A stretch of 44,369 nucleotides of DNA from an uncultured Desulfobacteraceae bacterium (GTDB taxonomy: Bacteria; Desulfobacterota; Desulfobacteria; Desulfobacterales; UBA5852), in the NCBI GenBank assembly GCA_964392545.1, contig CAYMQN010000006.1:1-44369 (forward strand), read 5' to 3'. Every line of letters starts with the position of its first letter. Within the stretch, counting starts at the first letter, position 1. A program made the position numbers and the translations under genes. Below are positions 27,046 to 35,896 of this stretch, in pieces. The notes under the pieces were generated by a model. That model was not told where the DNA came from. It was given only the letters and a program-made list of their open reading frames with translations, and did no database searches.

Positions 27046-27723
27046 ATGGGCATCAAGCAGCGGCGCAGGCGTGAAAAGGAGCATCGACGGCGGCAGATCC
27101 TGGATGCCGCCCGGGCCCTCCTGTTCAAGAAGGGCCTCAACGCCATATCGGTCAATCAGATCGCCCGCCAGGCCGAGCTTGCCGTGGGCACGATCTATTT
27201 CTACTTCCGCAGCAAAGAGGACATTTTTGCCGTGCTGCAGGAAGAAGGCTTGACGCTGCTGCGCGAGGAAGTCCAGCGGGCCCTTGAGGGAGAAGCCGAC
27301 CCCGCGGAGCGGCTGCACGCCATGGCCCAGGCCTATCTTCGGTTCAGCCGGGAGCATAAAAACTATTTCGACGTCATCAACTATTTTCTGTCCGCCACGG
27401 ACGTGATGTTCACGCCGGAAGTCAAACAACAGATCGACGAGCACGGCAACCGCATATTGATGGCGGTCCAGGAGGTGCTGCGGGAAGGGGTTTCCCTGGA
27501 GAGGTTCCGGGGCATCGACGTCCGTCGCCACGCGCTGCTTTTCTGGGGCATCCTGCATGGGTTGATCCCCTTCCAAAAAATGCAGGGTACCTTGCTGGCC
27601 GACGATTCTTTTTCCGCCCTCTACCGCTTCGCGGTGGATAACTTCATCAATGGATTGTCCCAGCCCGTGCCGACCCAAGTGGCGGCGGGGGATTTGCCGG
27701 CGGCGGGGGCGCATCATGATTGA
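27046..27723 (+). CDS. TetR/AcrR-family transcriptional regulator
   Basis: The sequence begins MGIKQRRRREKEHRRRQILDAARALLFKKGLNAISVNQIARQAELAVGTIYFYFRSKEDIF. This is the last gene of the SDR-ThDP-BASS-ADH cluster. Confidence 0.85.
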   Translation: MGIKQRRRREKEHRRRQILDAARALLFKKGLNAISVNQIARQAELAVGTIYFYFRSKEDIFAVLQEEGLTLLREEVQRALEGEADPAERLHAMAQAYLRFSREHKNYFDVINYFLSATDVMFTPEVKQQIDEHGNRILMAVQEVLREGVSLERFRGIDVRRHALLFWGILHGLIPFQKMQGTLLADDSFSALYRFAVDNFINGLSQPVPTQVAAGDLPAAGAHHD

Positions 27724-27856
27724 CCGCACGGTGACGGTTGCGGTGGAGGCCGATCAATGCGTGGGCTGCGGATGAAGCCTATGTCCGCCTGCCGGGAAGA
27801 AAAGCGGCGCCGGTGCGTTTCTGGGAAGGCGACTGAGCCGCGGTTTTTTGCAATCG

Positions 27857-28471
27857 CTATCCGCCGGAAGCCGCCGGCACTGCGCTCAAGGCCGCCTTCA
27901 GGTCCTCCATATGATCGAAAAAGAAATGGTCCGCCCCGGATACGATTGCCAAGCGGGCCGCGGGGTTCCATTGGGGCACGAGGCGCCCGAGGAGGTCCGG
28001 TGGGGCGATATCGTCGCGGCTGCCGGTCATCACCAGCTTCAGCCCGGGGAGACGCTGGACGGCGCGGAAATCCATGAAGGCCGCGGGGGGCGAGACCATG
28101 GTCATCGTGATGCCGGGCCGGACATTAGCTGCGTACAGCGCATTGACCCAGGTTCCGAAGGAATAGCCGGACAGTTCGACCGGGCCGTATCCGGATTGCT
28201 GGAGATAGGCAATCGCCTGGCCCAGGTCCTCCTGCTCGCCCTGCCCCTCGTCATAGTGCCCCTGGCTGCCTTCGACCCCGCGGAAGTTGAAGCGCAGCGT
28301 GGTATATCCCCGCTGCCGATAGCGCGCTGCAATGGCCTCGACCACCGGGTTGTGCAGGTTGCCGCCATAGAGGGGATGGGGGTGGGTGACCACCACCGCC
28401 CGGGCATCCCCAACCTGCAGCCGGCCTTCCAGGCGAAGCGTCGACGACCTGAAGTGGATGGGCTCTTCCAT
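27857..28471 (-). CDS. Alpha/beta-fold hydrolase (small, about 204 aa)
   Basis: From the ATG at 28471 the protein reads MEEPIHF...VVVTHPHPLYGGNLHNPVV...ELSGYSFGTWV (nucleophile-elbow G-x-S-x-G)...GADHFF. It starts 5 nt after the rnd stop. Confidence 0.75.
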   Translation of the reverse strand: MEEPIHFRSSTLRLEGRLQVGDARAVVVTHPHPLYGGNLHNPVVEAIAARYRQRGYTTLRFNFRGVEGSQGHYDEGQGEQEDLGQAIAYLQQSGYGPVELSGYSFGTWVNALYAANVRPGITMTMVSPPAAFMDFRAVQRLPGLKLVMTGSRDDIAPPDLLGRLVPQWNPAARLAIVSGADHFFFDHMEDLKAALSAVPAASGG

Positions 28472-28476
28472 GGTGC

Positions 28477-29625
28477 CTAACGGACCTGTTTCATGAGATC
28501 GACGATCTCGCGGCCGAAGACCTTGCGCCGCCAGCGGTGCAGGTCGGGGATGTCGTCGAGGTCGGCGCGCTGCTGGGGGTGACGGACGGCGATGGCCTGC
28601 ATCAAGGCCTTGTTGAGCATCAGCCCCGGGTCGAGGTCCAAGACCTGGGCCTTGCGGTCGCGCCAGGTTTTCAATACGGTCATGCGTTCCGGCACCCGGC
28701 CCGGCAGGCGGGGGCTTTTGTGCCGCGGATAGAGCGGCAGTTTTTTCTCCGGAAGATCCAGGGCCCAGCGAACGGCCGCCAATAGGGCCGGAGCGTGCAT
28801 TTTGACCTGCTTCGGACTGAGGGCGCCGGTGCGCTCCAGAGCCTGGGATGTCCCGGGGGCGGCGGTGGCCAGTGAGAGCAGGGATTTGTTGGAGAACACC
28901 TTGAAAAGGGGGCGATCCTTGGCCTCGGCCAGCTCGCGACGCAGCTGCAGCAGGGCTTCCAGAACCGCCAAATTGCGGCGGTCCAGTCGGCCGGCCCCTT
29001 TGAAGTGGAGAAAGAGGGGGTCGTCGTTCGCTGCGGGGGGCCGAACCTGACTCAGCAGGTCGCATTCCTCGTGCACCCACGCAAGGCGGTCTTTGGCGCG
29101 CAGTTCTTCGGTCAGAATGCCCGCGAGGCGCAGGAGATAATGGACATCCTGGGCGGCGTAGGCCATCATGGGCTCCGGCAGGGGCCGCTTGGACCAGTCC
29201 TTGCGTTGGTATTTTTTGTCGAGATGGACGCCGAAACGGTCCTGCAGCACCGCATCCAGGCCGGTTTCGCGGATCCCCAGAAAGCGCGAGGCCAGTTCCG
29301 TGTCGAAGAGATTGTTGACCACGATGCCGAAGTCACGGTAGAGGGACCGGATGTCATAGTCGGCCCCGTGCAGGACTTTGCGGATGCGGCGGTTGGCCAT
29401 GACCGGTTTGAGGGGCGAGAGGTCGGCAAGTTTGAGGGGGTCGATCACCAGGGTCTCATCCGCGGCGGCGATCTGGATCAGACAGACCTTTTCGCGAAAG
29501 TGATACATGGAATCGGCTTCCAGGTCGCAGGCGATTTCCGCGGTTTTGGCCATCTTGCGGGCGGCGCTTGCCAGTTCGGCGGTGTCTTCGATCAGTCGAT
29601 ACCCATCCAGGCTGCCGTTTGTCAT
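28477..29625 (-). CDS. rnd: Ribonuclease D
   Basis: The DEDD 3'-5' exonuclease core is present (IACDLEADSMYHF, KVLHGADYDIRSL, YAAQDVHYL), followed by an HRDC-like domain. Confidence 0.85.
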   Translation of the reverse strand: MTNGSLDGYRLIEDTAELASAARKMAKTAEIACDLEADSMYHFREKVCLIQIAAADETLVIDPLKLADLSPLKPVMANRRIRKVLHGADYDIRSLYRDFGIVVNNLFDTELASRFLGIRETGLDAVLQDRFGVHLDKKYQRKDWSKRPLPEPMMAYAAQDVHYLLRLAGILTEELRAKDRLAWVHEECDLLSQVRPPAANDDPLFLHFKGAGRLDRRNLAVLEALLQLRRELAEAKDRPLFKVFSNKSLLSLATAAPGTSQALERTGALSPKQVKMHAPALLAAVRWALDLPEKKLPLYPRHKSPRLPGRVPERMTVLKTWRDRKAQVLDLDPGLMLNKALMQAIAVRHPQQRADLDDIPDLHRWRRKVFGREIVDLMKQVR

Positions 29626-29726
29626 GATTTTGCTTGACCCACCCCTTGGATTCCCTTAGATTTCCTAATTTCCAATTGCCCTATATGCTGAGCGTACACC
29701 CCATTCCAAGCCGAAGCGAGGATGTC

Positions 29727-31658
29727 ATGATCACTATAACACTTCCTGACGGGAGCATAAAGCAGTTTGAAGCGCCGCCCACCGGAGGCGAGGTAGCGGC
29801 TTCCATCTCGGAAGGTCTGGCGCGCGATTGTGTCGCCATGGAAGTCGACGGCCAGGTGCAGGATATCTATCGGACCATTGACAGGGATGCCCACCTGCGC
29901 CTGATCACCACGCGCGACGACCAAGCCCTGGACATCATGCGCCACAGCGCCGCCCATGTCATGGCCCAGGCGGTCCTGCGGCTGTATGACAACGCCAAAT
30001 TGACGATCGGGCCCGTCATCGAAGACGGGTTCTACTACGATATCGACATGGCGCCCCTCTCGGAAGACGATCTGGCCCGCATCGAAGCCGAAATGCAGAA
30101 GATCGTCAAGGCCAAGCTGCCCATCCGGCGCGAGACCATCCGCAAAGCCGAGGCTCTGGAGCTTTACCGGGACGAGCCCTACAAACTGGAGATGATCGAA
30201 GATCTTCCGGAGGGCACCATCTCCCTCTACCGGCAGGGGGAGTTTTTCGATCTATGCCGCGGACCGCACGTACCGCACACCGGGTTTGTCAAAGCCTTCA
30301 AGCTGATGAAAGTGTCCGGCGCCTACTGGCGGGCGGACCAGAGCAAGGCCCAACTGCAGCGGATTTACGGCACGGCCTATTTCGACAAGAAAGCGTTGAA
30401 AGCCTATCTCACGTTTCTGGAGGAGGCCCGCAAGCGCAACCACCGCAAAATCGGCGAAGCCCAGGAGCTTTTCAGTTTCCATGATGAAGCGCCGGGGATG
30501 CCCTTTTTCCATCCCCGGGGCATGGTGATGTGGAATCTGCTGCTGGATTTCTGGCGTGAAGAACATCGCCGGGCCGGCTATGTCGAAACCAAGACCCCCA
30601 TCATGCTCCAGCGCAGCCTGTGGGAGCGCAGCGGCCACTGGGAGAATTACCGTGAAAACATGTATACCACGGTGGTCGACGATATCGAGTACGCCATCAA
30701 GCCCATGAACTGTCCCGGCGGGATGCTGCTCTACAAAACCCGGCCTCACTCCTACCGCGAACTTCCCTTGCGGGCGGCGGAGGTGGGTCTGGTGCACCGT
30801 CACGAACTCAGCGGCGTATTGTCCGGCCTCTTCCGGGTGCGGGCCTTTCATCAGGACGATGCCCACATCTTCATGACCCCCGACCAGATCGAAGAAGAGA
30901 TCCTGGGTGTTTTGCGTCTGGTGGAGCGTATTTACGGCGTCTTCGGCCTCGGCTTCCATTTGGAATTGTCGACCCGTCCGGAAAAGAGCATCGGCACCGA
31001 CGAACAATGGGAAACGGCCACCGGCGGGCTGCGGGCCGCCCTGGAGGCGTACACGGACACCTACCAGGTCAACGAAGGGGACGGCGCCTTCTACGGCCCG
31101 AAGATCGACATCCATATCAAGGATGCCTTGAACCGCACCTGGCAATGCGGCACCATCCAGCTCGACATGTCCCTGCCCGAGCGCTTCGACCTGACCTATG
31201 TGGATCGGGACAACCAGCGCCCGCGCCCCATCATGATTCACCGCACGGTCCTGGGGTCCATCGAACGTTTTTTCGGCATTCTGATCGAGCATTTTGCCGG
31301 CAAATACCCGTTGTGGCTTAGCCCGGTGCAGGCCGTGGCGCTTCCCATCAACGATGATTTGGCCCCCTATGCCGGCGAGGTCTGCGACCGACTGCGAGCG
31401 GCCGGCCTGCGGGTCGAACGCGACGACCGGACGGAAAGCCTGAACAAAAAAGTCCGCGAGGCCCAGCTGCGCCAGATCCCGTTGATTCTGACCATCGGCG
31501 CCAAGGAGCAGGCGGCCGGCACCCTGGCCGTGCGAACCCTGGACGGCAAGGTGCGCTACGGCGTCGCCGAGGGCGATTTCCTGGATACGGTGCTGGAACA
31601 TGTGCGGGAACGCCGCCCCGAACTGACGATTTTCGATACGGCGGAAGCGGCCGCCTGA
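29727..31658 (+). CDS. thrS: Threonine--tRNA ligase
   Basis: TGS-domain start MITITLPDGSIKQFE, editing-domain HSAAHVMAQA, and class II motifs (FRVRAFHQDDAHIF, GAFYGPKID) are present. The ATG at 29727 follows GAGGA. Confidence 0.93.
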   Translation: MITITLPDGSIKQFEAPPTGGEVAASISEGLARDCVAMEVDGQVQDIYRTIDRDAHLRLITTRDDQALDIMRHSAAHVMAQAVLRLYDNAKLTIGPVIEDGFYYDIDMAPLSEDDLARIEAEMQKIVKAKLPIRRETIRKAEALELYRDEPYKLEMIEDLPEGTISLYRQGEFFDLCRGPHVPHTGFVKAFKLMKVSGAYWRADQSKAQLQRIYGTAYFDKKALKAYLTFLEEARKRNHRKIGEAQELFSFHDEAPGMPFFHPRGMVMWNLLLDFWREEHRRAGYVETKTPIMLQRSLWERSGHWENYRENMYTTVVDDIEYAIKPMNCPGGMLLYKTRPHSYRELPLRAAEVGLVHRHELSGVLSGLFRVRAFHQDDAHIFMTPDQIEEEILGVLRLVERIYGVFGLGFHLELSTRPEKSIGTDEQWETATGGLRAALEAYTDTYQVNEGDGAFYGPKIDIHIKDALNRTWQCGTIQLDMSLPERFDLTYVDRDNQRPRPIMIHRTVLGSIERFFGILIEHFAGKYPLWLSPVQAVALPINDDLAPYAGEVCDRLRAAGLRVERDDRTESLNKKVREAQLRQIPLILTIGAKEQAAGTLAVRTLDGKVRYGVAEGDFLDTVLEHVRERRPELTIFDTAEAAA

Positions 31659-31687
31659 ACCGCTGCCGGCGATTCCGGGCCGCCGTT

Positions 31688-31710
31688 GGGCCGATCGGTC
31701 GGCCCCCTTT
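31688..31710 (+). terminator. Weak hairpin plus short T-run after thrS
   Basis: GGGCCGA-tcgg-TCGGCCC (7-bp stem) at 31688..31705, followed by CCTTT. The U-tract is poor, so this may be only a partial terminator before vanZ. Confidence 0.3.
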
Positions 31711-31727
31711 GAGGGTGAGAATCCGCA

Positions 31728-32153
31728 ATGCCGCACGCCCATGACAAACGGCCCGCCGCCGGCCGCCATCCCGCCCTGCCGTGGCTTCTGCTGGCCGGCT
31801 ACGCGCTGGTCATATTCATCCAGTCTTCCCTGCCGTCCCCCGCTTTGGGGCCGGATGTCCCCGGTCAGGACAAGGTGCTTCATCTGGCCGCCTACGGCCT
31901 CATGGGGTATCTGGCCTGCCGCGCCTTCGCCACGCTGCGGGGGTTGCGTACCCTCCGGTGGGTCTGGCTGGCCGGCGTCCTGTTCAGCATTCTGTTCGGA
32001 CTCAGTGACGAATGGCATCAGGCCTTCGTGCCCGGCCGGCAGGCCGACGGCTGGGATTGGGCGGCCGACAGCTTGGGGGCCATCCTGGGCGCCCTCGTTT
32101 ATGCCTGGCGCCATCGGCCGGCCGCCACTTCCGGCGCCGCTTTCCCTCGTTGA
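31728..32153 (+). CDS. VanZ-like family membrane protein
   Basis: 141 aa with about 4 TM helices. It carries the VanZ-like motifs DKVLHLAAYGLMG and SDEWHQAFVPGR. Confidence 0.7.
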   Translation: MPHAHDKRPAAGRHPALPWLLLAGYALVIFIQSSLPSPALGPDVPGQDKVLHLAAYGLMGYLACRAFATLRGLRTLRWVWLAGVLFSILFGLSDEWHQAFVPGRQADGWDWAADSLGAILGALVYAWRHRPAATSGAAFPR

Positions 32154-32176
32154 CAAGTTGCCTTGAATTCTATAAA
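32150..32176 (+). promoter_or_regulatory. Candidate sigma-70 promoter for fdhA (TTGACA, 15-nt spacer, TATAAA)
   Basis: TTGACA at 32150..32155 (it contains the vanZ stop codon) and TATAAA at 32171..32176. The spacer is shorter than optimal. Confidence 0.3.
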
Positions 32177-32299
32177 AATCCAAGCTTATACTGCGGGTGA
32201 ATTTCCTGAAGTCCCGTCCGCCGGATGGGACGTTCAGCGCGACGCATGGTTTTGGGGCTGTTGCCGACGTCGGCCGGCCTCATGGAAGAGGGGAGCACC

Positions 32300-35068
32300 A
32301 TGACCGATCAGAATCAGTTGACGATCAACGGGAATGCCATTGCCTTTGAGCCGGGCGAGACGATCCTCGAGGTGGCCCGGCGCAACAGCATCGACATTCC
32401 CACCTTGTGCTATCTGAAGGGGGCCACGCCCACGGGCGCCTGCCGCATCTGCGTGGTTGAGGTGGAGGGTGCCCGGACCCTGCTGCCGGCCTGCGCGACC
32501 CCGGCCGGCAAAAATATGGTGGTCCAGACCGAGTCGCCCAAGGTCGTGGAGGCGCGCCGCACCATCCTCAAACTGCTGCTGGCCTCGGGCAATCACAACT
32601 GCGCGGCCCGGGGTTCGGACGAGGGCGACTGGACCGTTTTTCAACTTGCGGTGGAAAAGGACGATCACAGCGACCAGCTCTGCCCGGTGTGGGGGGACTG
32701 CCGTCTGCAGGATCTGGCCTACCGCTACCAGGTCACCGGCGAGGGTCTGCCGGGAACCGTGATCCCCTATCCCATTGAAGACGTGAACCCCTTCATCGTT
32801 CGGGATTTTTCCCGTTGCATCCTCTGCGGGCGCTGTGTCCAGGCCTGCAACGAAGTGCAGGTCAACAAGGCCATCAGTTTCGGTTTCCGCGGATCGGAAA
32901 CCAAGATCATCGCGGCCGGCGACAAGCCGCTCAAGGATTCCGACTGCGTCTTCTGCGGCGAGTGCGTCCAGGCCTGTCCGGTGGGTGCCCTGGTGGAGAA
33001 GGATGTGCGCTACGATGTGAGACCCTGGGAGACCGAGCGCGTGCACACCACCTGCACCTACTGCGGGGTGGGGTGTCAGCTCCACCTGCACGTTCGCGAC
33101 AACCGGGTGGTGAAGGTCACGGGCGTCGAGGACGTGGCGCCCAACTACGGCAGCCTGTGCGTCAAGGGGCGTTTCGGCTACAACTTTATCGGGTCCCCGG
33201 ACCGCCTGACCCAGCCCTTGATCAAGAAGGACGGCGAATTCAAGGAAGTCGGCTGGGACGAGGCGCTGGATTTCGTCGCCCAAAAGCTGACGGCCATCCG
33301 AGAGGACCATGGTTCCGAGAGCATCGGGCTGTTGACCTCGGCCCGCATCACCAACGAGGAGAACTACATCGCCCAAAAATTTGCCCGGGCGGTGCTCAAG
33401 ACGAACAACGTGGACCATTGCGCCCGTCTCTGACATAGCTCCACCGTGGCCGGTCTGGCCGCAGCATTCGGCAGCGGGGCGATGACCAACACCATCGCCT
33501 GTGTCGAGAAAGCCGACGTAATCCTGATCACAGGCTCCAACACCACCGAAAACCATCCGGTGATTTCCGCGGGGATCAAGCGCGCGGTGCAGTCGGGCCG
33601 GACGCGCCTGATCGTGGTGGACCCGCGTCGCATCAAGGTCACCGAATTCGCCGAATCCTATCTGCGCCCCAATCTGGGCACCGACGTGGCCTGGATCAAC
33701 GGCATGATGAATGTCATCATCGCGGAGGATCTCTACGACAAAACCTTCGTGGCCGAGCGCACCGAGGATTTCGACGCGCTCCAGGCCATGGTGGCCAAGT
33801 ACACCCCCGAATACGTCGAACCCATCACCGGCATTCCGGCCGAACAACTGCGGGAGGCCGCCCGCCTGTATGCCCGCGCCAAGGTCGGTAATATCGTATA
33901 TTGCATGGGCATTACCCAGCATACCTGTGGGACCGACAACGTCAAGTCGCTGGCCAACCTGGCCATGCTGTGCGGCAACCTGGGCATGCCCGGGGGCGGC
34001 GTGAACCCCCTCCGGGGCCAGAACAACGTCCAGGGGGCCTGCGACATGGGCGGGCTGCCCAATGTGTTTACCGCCTACCAGCCGGTGACCGACGAGGCGA
34101 TCAGCCGCAAGATGGCCGAGGCCTGGGGGGTGGAGGGCCTGTCCCTCAGCATGGGCATGAAAGTCACCGACATGATTCCCGCCGCTCATGACGGCCGCTT
34201 GAAGGCGCTCTACATCATCGGCGAAAACCCACTGGTGTCCGACCCGGATCTCAACCACGTCGAAGACAGCCTGGCGCATTTGGCGCTTCTCGTGGTCCAG
34301 GATCTGTTTTTGACCGAAACCGCCCGCAAGGCGGACGTGGTGCTGCCGGGCCGCTGTTTTGCGGAGAAGGACGGCACCTTTTCGAACACCGAACGGCGGG
34401 TCCAGCGGGTGCGCAGGGCGGTGGCGGCACCGGGGGAGGCCTGGGACGACTGGAAGATCCTGACCGAATTGGCCCGCCGCATGGGCCATCCCATGGAATT
34501 TGCCGACAGCGAGGCCATTTTCGAGGAAATCCGCCGGGTGACCCCCTCCTATGCCGGCATCACCTACAAGCGCATCGCGCAGGAGGGGCTGCACTGGCCT
34601 TGCCTGAACGAAGAGCACCCCGGAACGCCGGTGCTCCACAGCGCCCAGTTTACGCGGGGCAAGGGGAAGTTTCACGCCATCGAATGGCAGGCGCCGGCCG
34701 AAGTGCCCGACGCGGAGTTTCCACTCTACCTCACGACGGGCCGTTTGCTCTACCAGTACCACACGGGGACCATGACCATGCGCTCGCCGGACCTGGTGGA
34801 GCGGGCGCCGGAGAGTTTCGTGGAGATATCCCCCCAGGATGCCGCAGCCTTCGGGCTGGAGGATGGGGGGTGGATCAGCATCGCTTCCCGGCGGGGCGAA
34901 ATCCAGGCCCGGGTCAAGGTTTCCCGCAAGGCCGTTGCCGGCACGGTGTTCATCCCGTTTCATTATGCCCAGGGGGCGGCCAACAAGCTGACCAATGCGG
35001 CCCTGGATCCCGTATCGGGCATTCCCGAATACAAGGTCTGTGCCGTCAAGGTGGCCCCCCTTCACTGA
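32300..35068 (+). CDS. fdhA: Formate dehydrogenase alpha subunit, selenocysteine-containing (UGA at 33431..33433 read as Sec), cytoplasmic NuoG-like type
   Basis: The track entries 32225..33433 and 33446..35068 are in the same frame. Across the TGA the sequence reads [29 protein letters not shown], the canonical Sec/Cys active-site context of FdhF-type enzymes. The N-terminus carries 2Fe-2S and 4Fe-4S Cys clusters. The remainder has molybdopterin oxidoreductase and C-terminal dinucleotide-binding domains. There is no twin-arginine signal. The ATG at 32300 follows GGAAGAGGGGAG. Confidence 0.88.
33446..33462 (+). promoter_or_regulatory. Bacterial SECIS hairpin (apical part)
   Basis: GUGGCC-GGUCU-GGCCGC forms a 6-bp stem (one G-U pair) with a GGUCU loop. 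The GGU CUG codons are the 7th and 8th after the UGA, the same register as the GGUC loop of the E. coli fdhF SECIS. Confidence 0.7.
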
Positions 35069-35095
35069 CCGGGACTTCGATGGGTTTTTGCAAAC

Positions 35096-35134
35096 CAAAA
35101 ACCCCCGGCTTCTGATGGAAGCCGGGGGTTTTTC
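35096..35134. terminator. Bidirectional rho-independent terminator between convergent fdhA and metV
   Basis: AAAAACCCCCGGCTTC-tgatg-GAAGCCGGGGGTTTTT forms a 12-bp GC-rich stem. An A-run flanks it on one side and a T-run on the other. Confidence 0.75.
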
Positions 35135-35184
35135 TGTTTCAGCGAAGGGCGCGGCGGGGTGCTGCGGACCGTTGCGCCGTGCGG

Positions 35185-35859
35185 TCAGCCCTTCTTGTAG
35201 CGCGACGCGTACTCGTCCTGCACGATGATGCGGCGGGTCTGGTTCTGCCATTGCATGGCCGGTTTGAGCTTTTTGATATCCTCCAGCCGGTTCTGGGCCT
35301 TCAGGCGGTTGTAGATGTCCTGCCAGGCGCAGGGGATTTCGTTGCTGACTTCGCAGTTGCCGTTGTTGGTGCCGCCGCAGGGGCCGTTGAAAAGGCCCTT
35401 GGCGCAGCGGGTCACCGGACAGATGCCGGCGGTGTAGCCCAGAACGCATTCGCCGCAGGCGCGGCAGCGCTCTTCGTAGACGCCGATATCCCGGTCGATG
35501 CCGATGGAAACGGTGTTCACCGCGGGGAAGACGGGCGTATCCGGGTAACGCGCGGCCAGGAGCTGGGCCCCGGCCCCGCAGGCCATGGACATCAGGCAGT
35601 CATAGCGGGGCACCCGTTGGTCGAGATCCACGAGGAAGGCTTCGTTGCACTGCCGTTCCACGGTAAAGCCGTCCACCCGGGCGGCGCGGTTTTCATTCTT
35701 AAAGGCCAGATTCAGTTTCGCGTTCAGAAGATTGACTTCCTTCTGGCCGCCGGCCAGGCAGACGGACACGCAGCCGCCGCAGCCCACGTTCAGCACACGG
35801 GTGTAAGCCTGAATCGCCTGTTTGATTTCATCGAACGGTTTTCTTTTGCATTTAACCAC
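35185..35859 (-). CDS. metV: Methylene-THF reductase C-terminal-domain protein (MetV-like)
   Basis: The GTG at 35859 lies 6 nt after GGAGG. The sequence reads VVKCKRKPFDEIKQ...GCGGCVSVCLAGG...CRACGECVLGYTAGICPVTRCAKGLFNGPCGGT. The CP..C.KG..NGPCGG motif is characteristic of the MTHFR_C/MetV family. The longer track ORF (to 36189) overlaps the cytochrome gene. Confidence 0.8.
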   Translation of the reverse strand: MVKCKRKPFDEIKQAIQAYTRVLNVGCGGCVSVCLAGGQKEVNLLNAKLNLAFKNENRAARVDGFTVERQCNEAFLVDLDQRVPRYDCLMSMACGAGAQLLAARYPDTPVFPAVNTVSIGIDRDIGVYEERCRACGECVLGYTAGICPVTRCAKGLFNGPCGGTNNGNCEVSNEIPCAWQDIYNRLKAQNRLEDIKKLKPAMQWQNQTRRIIVQDEYASRYKKG

Positions 35860-35896
35860 TTGCGACCTCCAAGGGGGTAGAATTAGGGACGCTTGT

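Noticed and set aside
27857-29080. 407-aa ORF taken as a single gene.
   Set aside because: Its first 203 codons overlap the 3' part of rnd in another frame and are Pro/Arg/Gly-rich. The hydrolase fold begins at the internal ATG at 28471 (MEEPIHF...).
33431-33445. Reading the TGA at 33431 as a true stop, giving two FDH fragments or a pseudogene.
   Set aside because: The frame is maintained across the TGA. The TGA falls exactly at the catalytic Sec/Cys position, and an fdhF-register SECIS hairpin follows it. Selenocysteine recoding explains it better.
32234-35449. 1071-aa minus-strand ORF opposite the formate dehydrogenase gene.
   Set aside because: It is antisense to a gene with conserved FeS, molybdopterin and Sec-site motifs. 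It also runs through the strong bidirectional terminator at 35096..35134.
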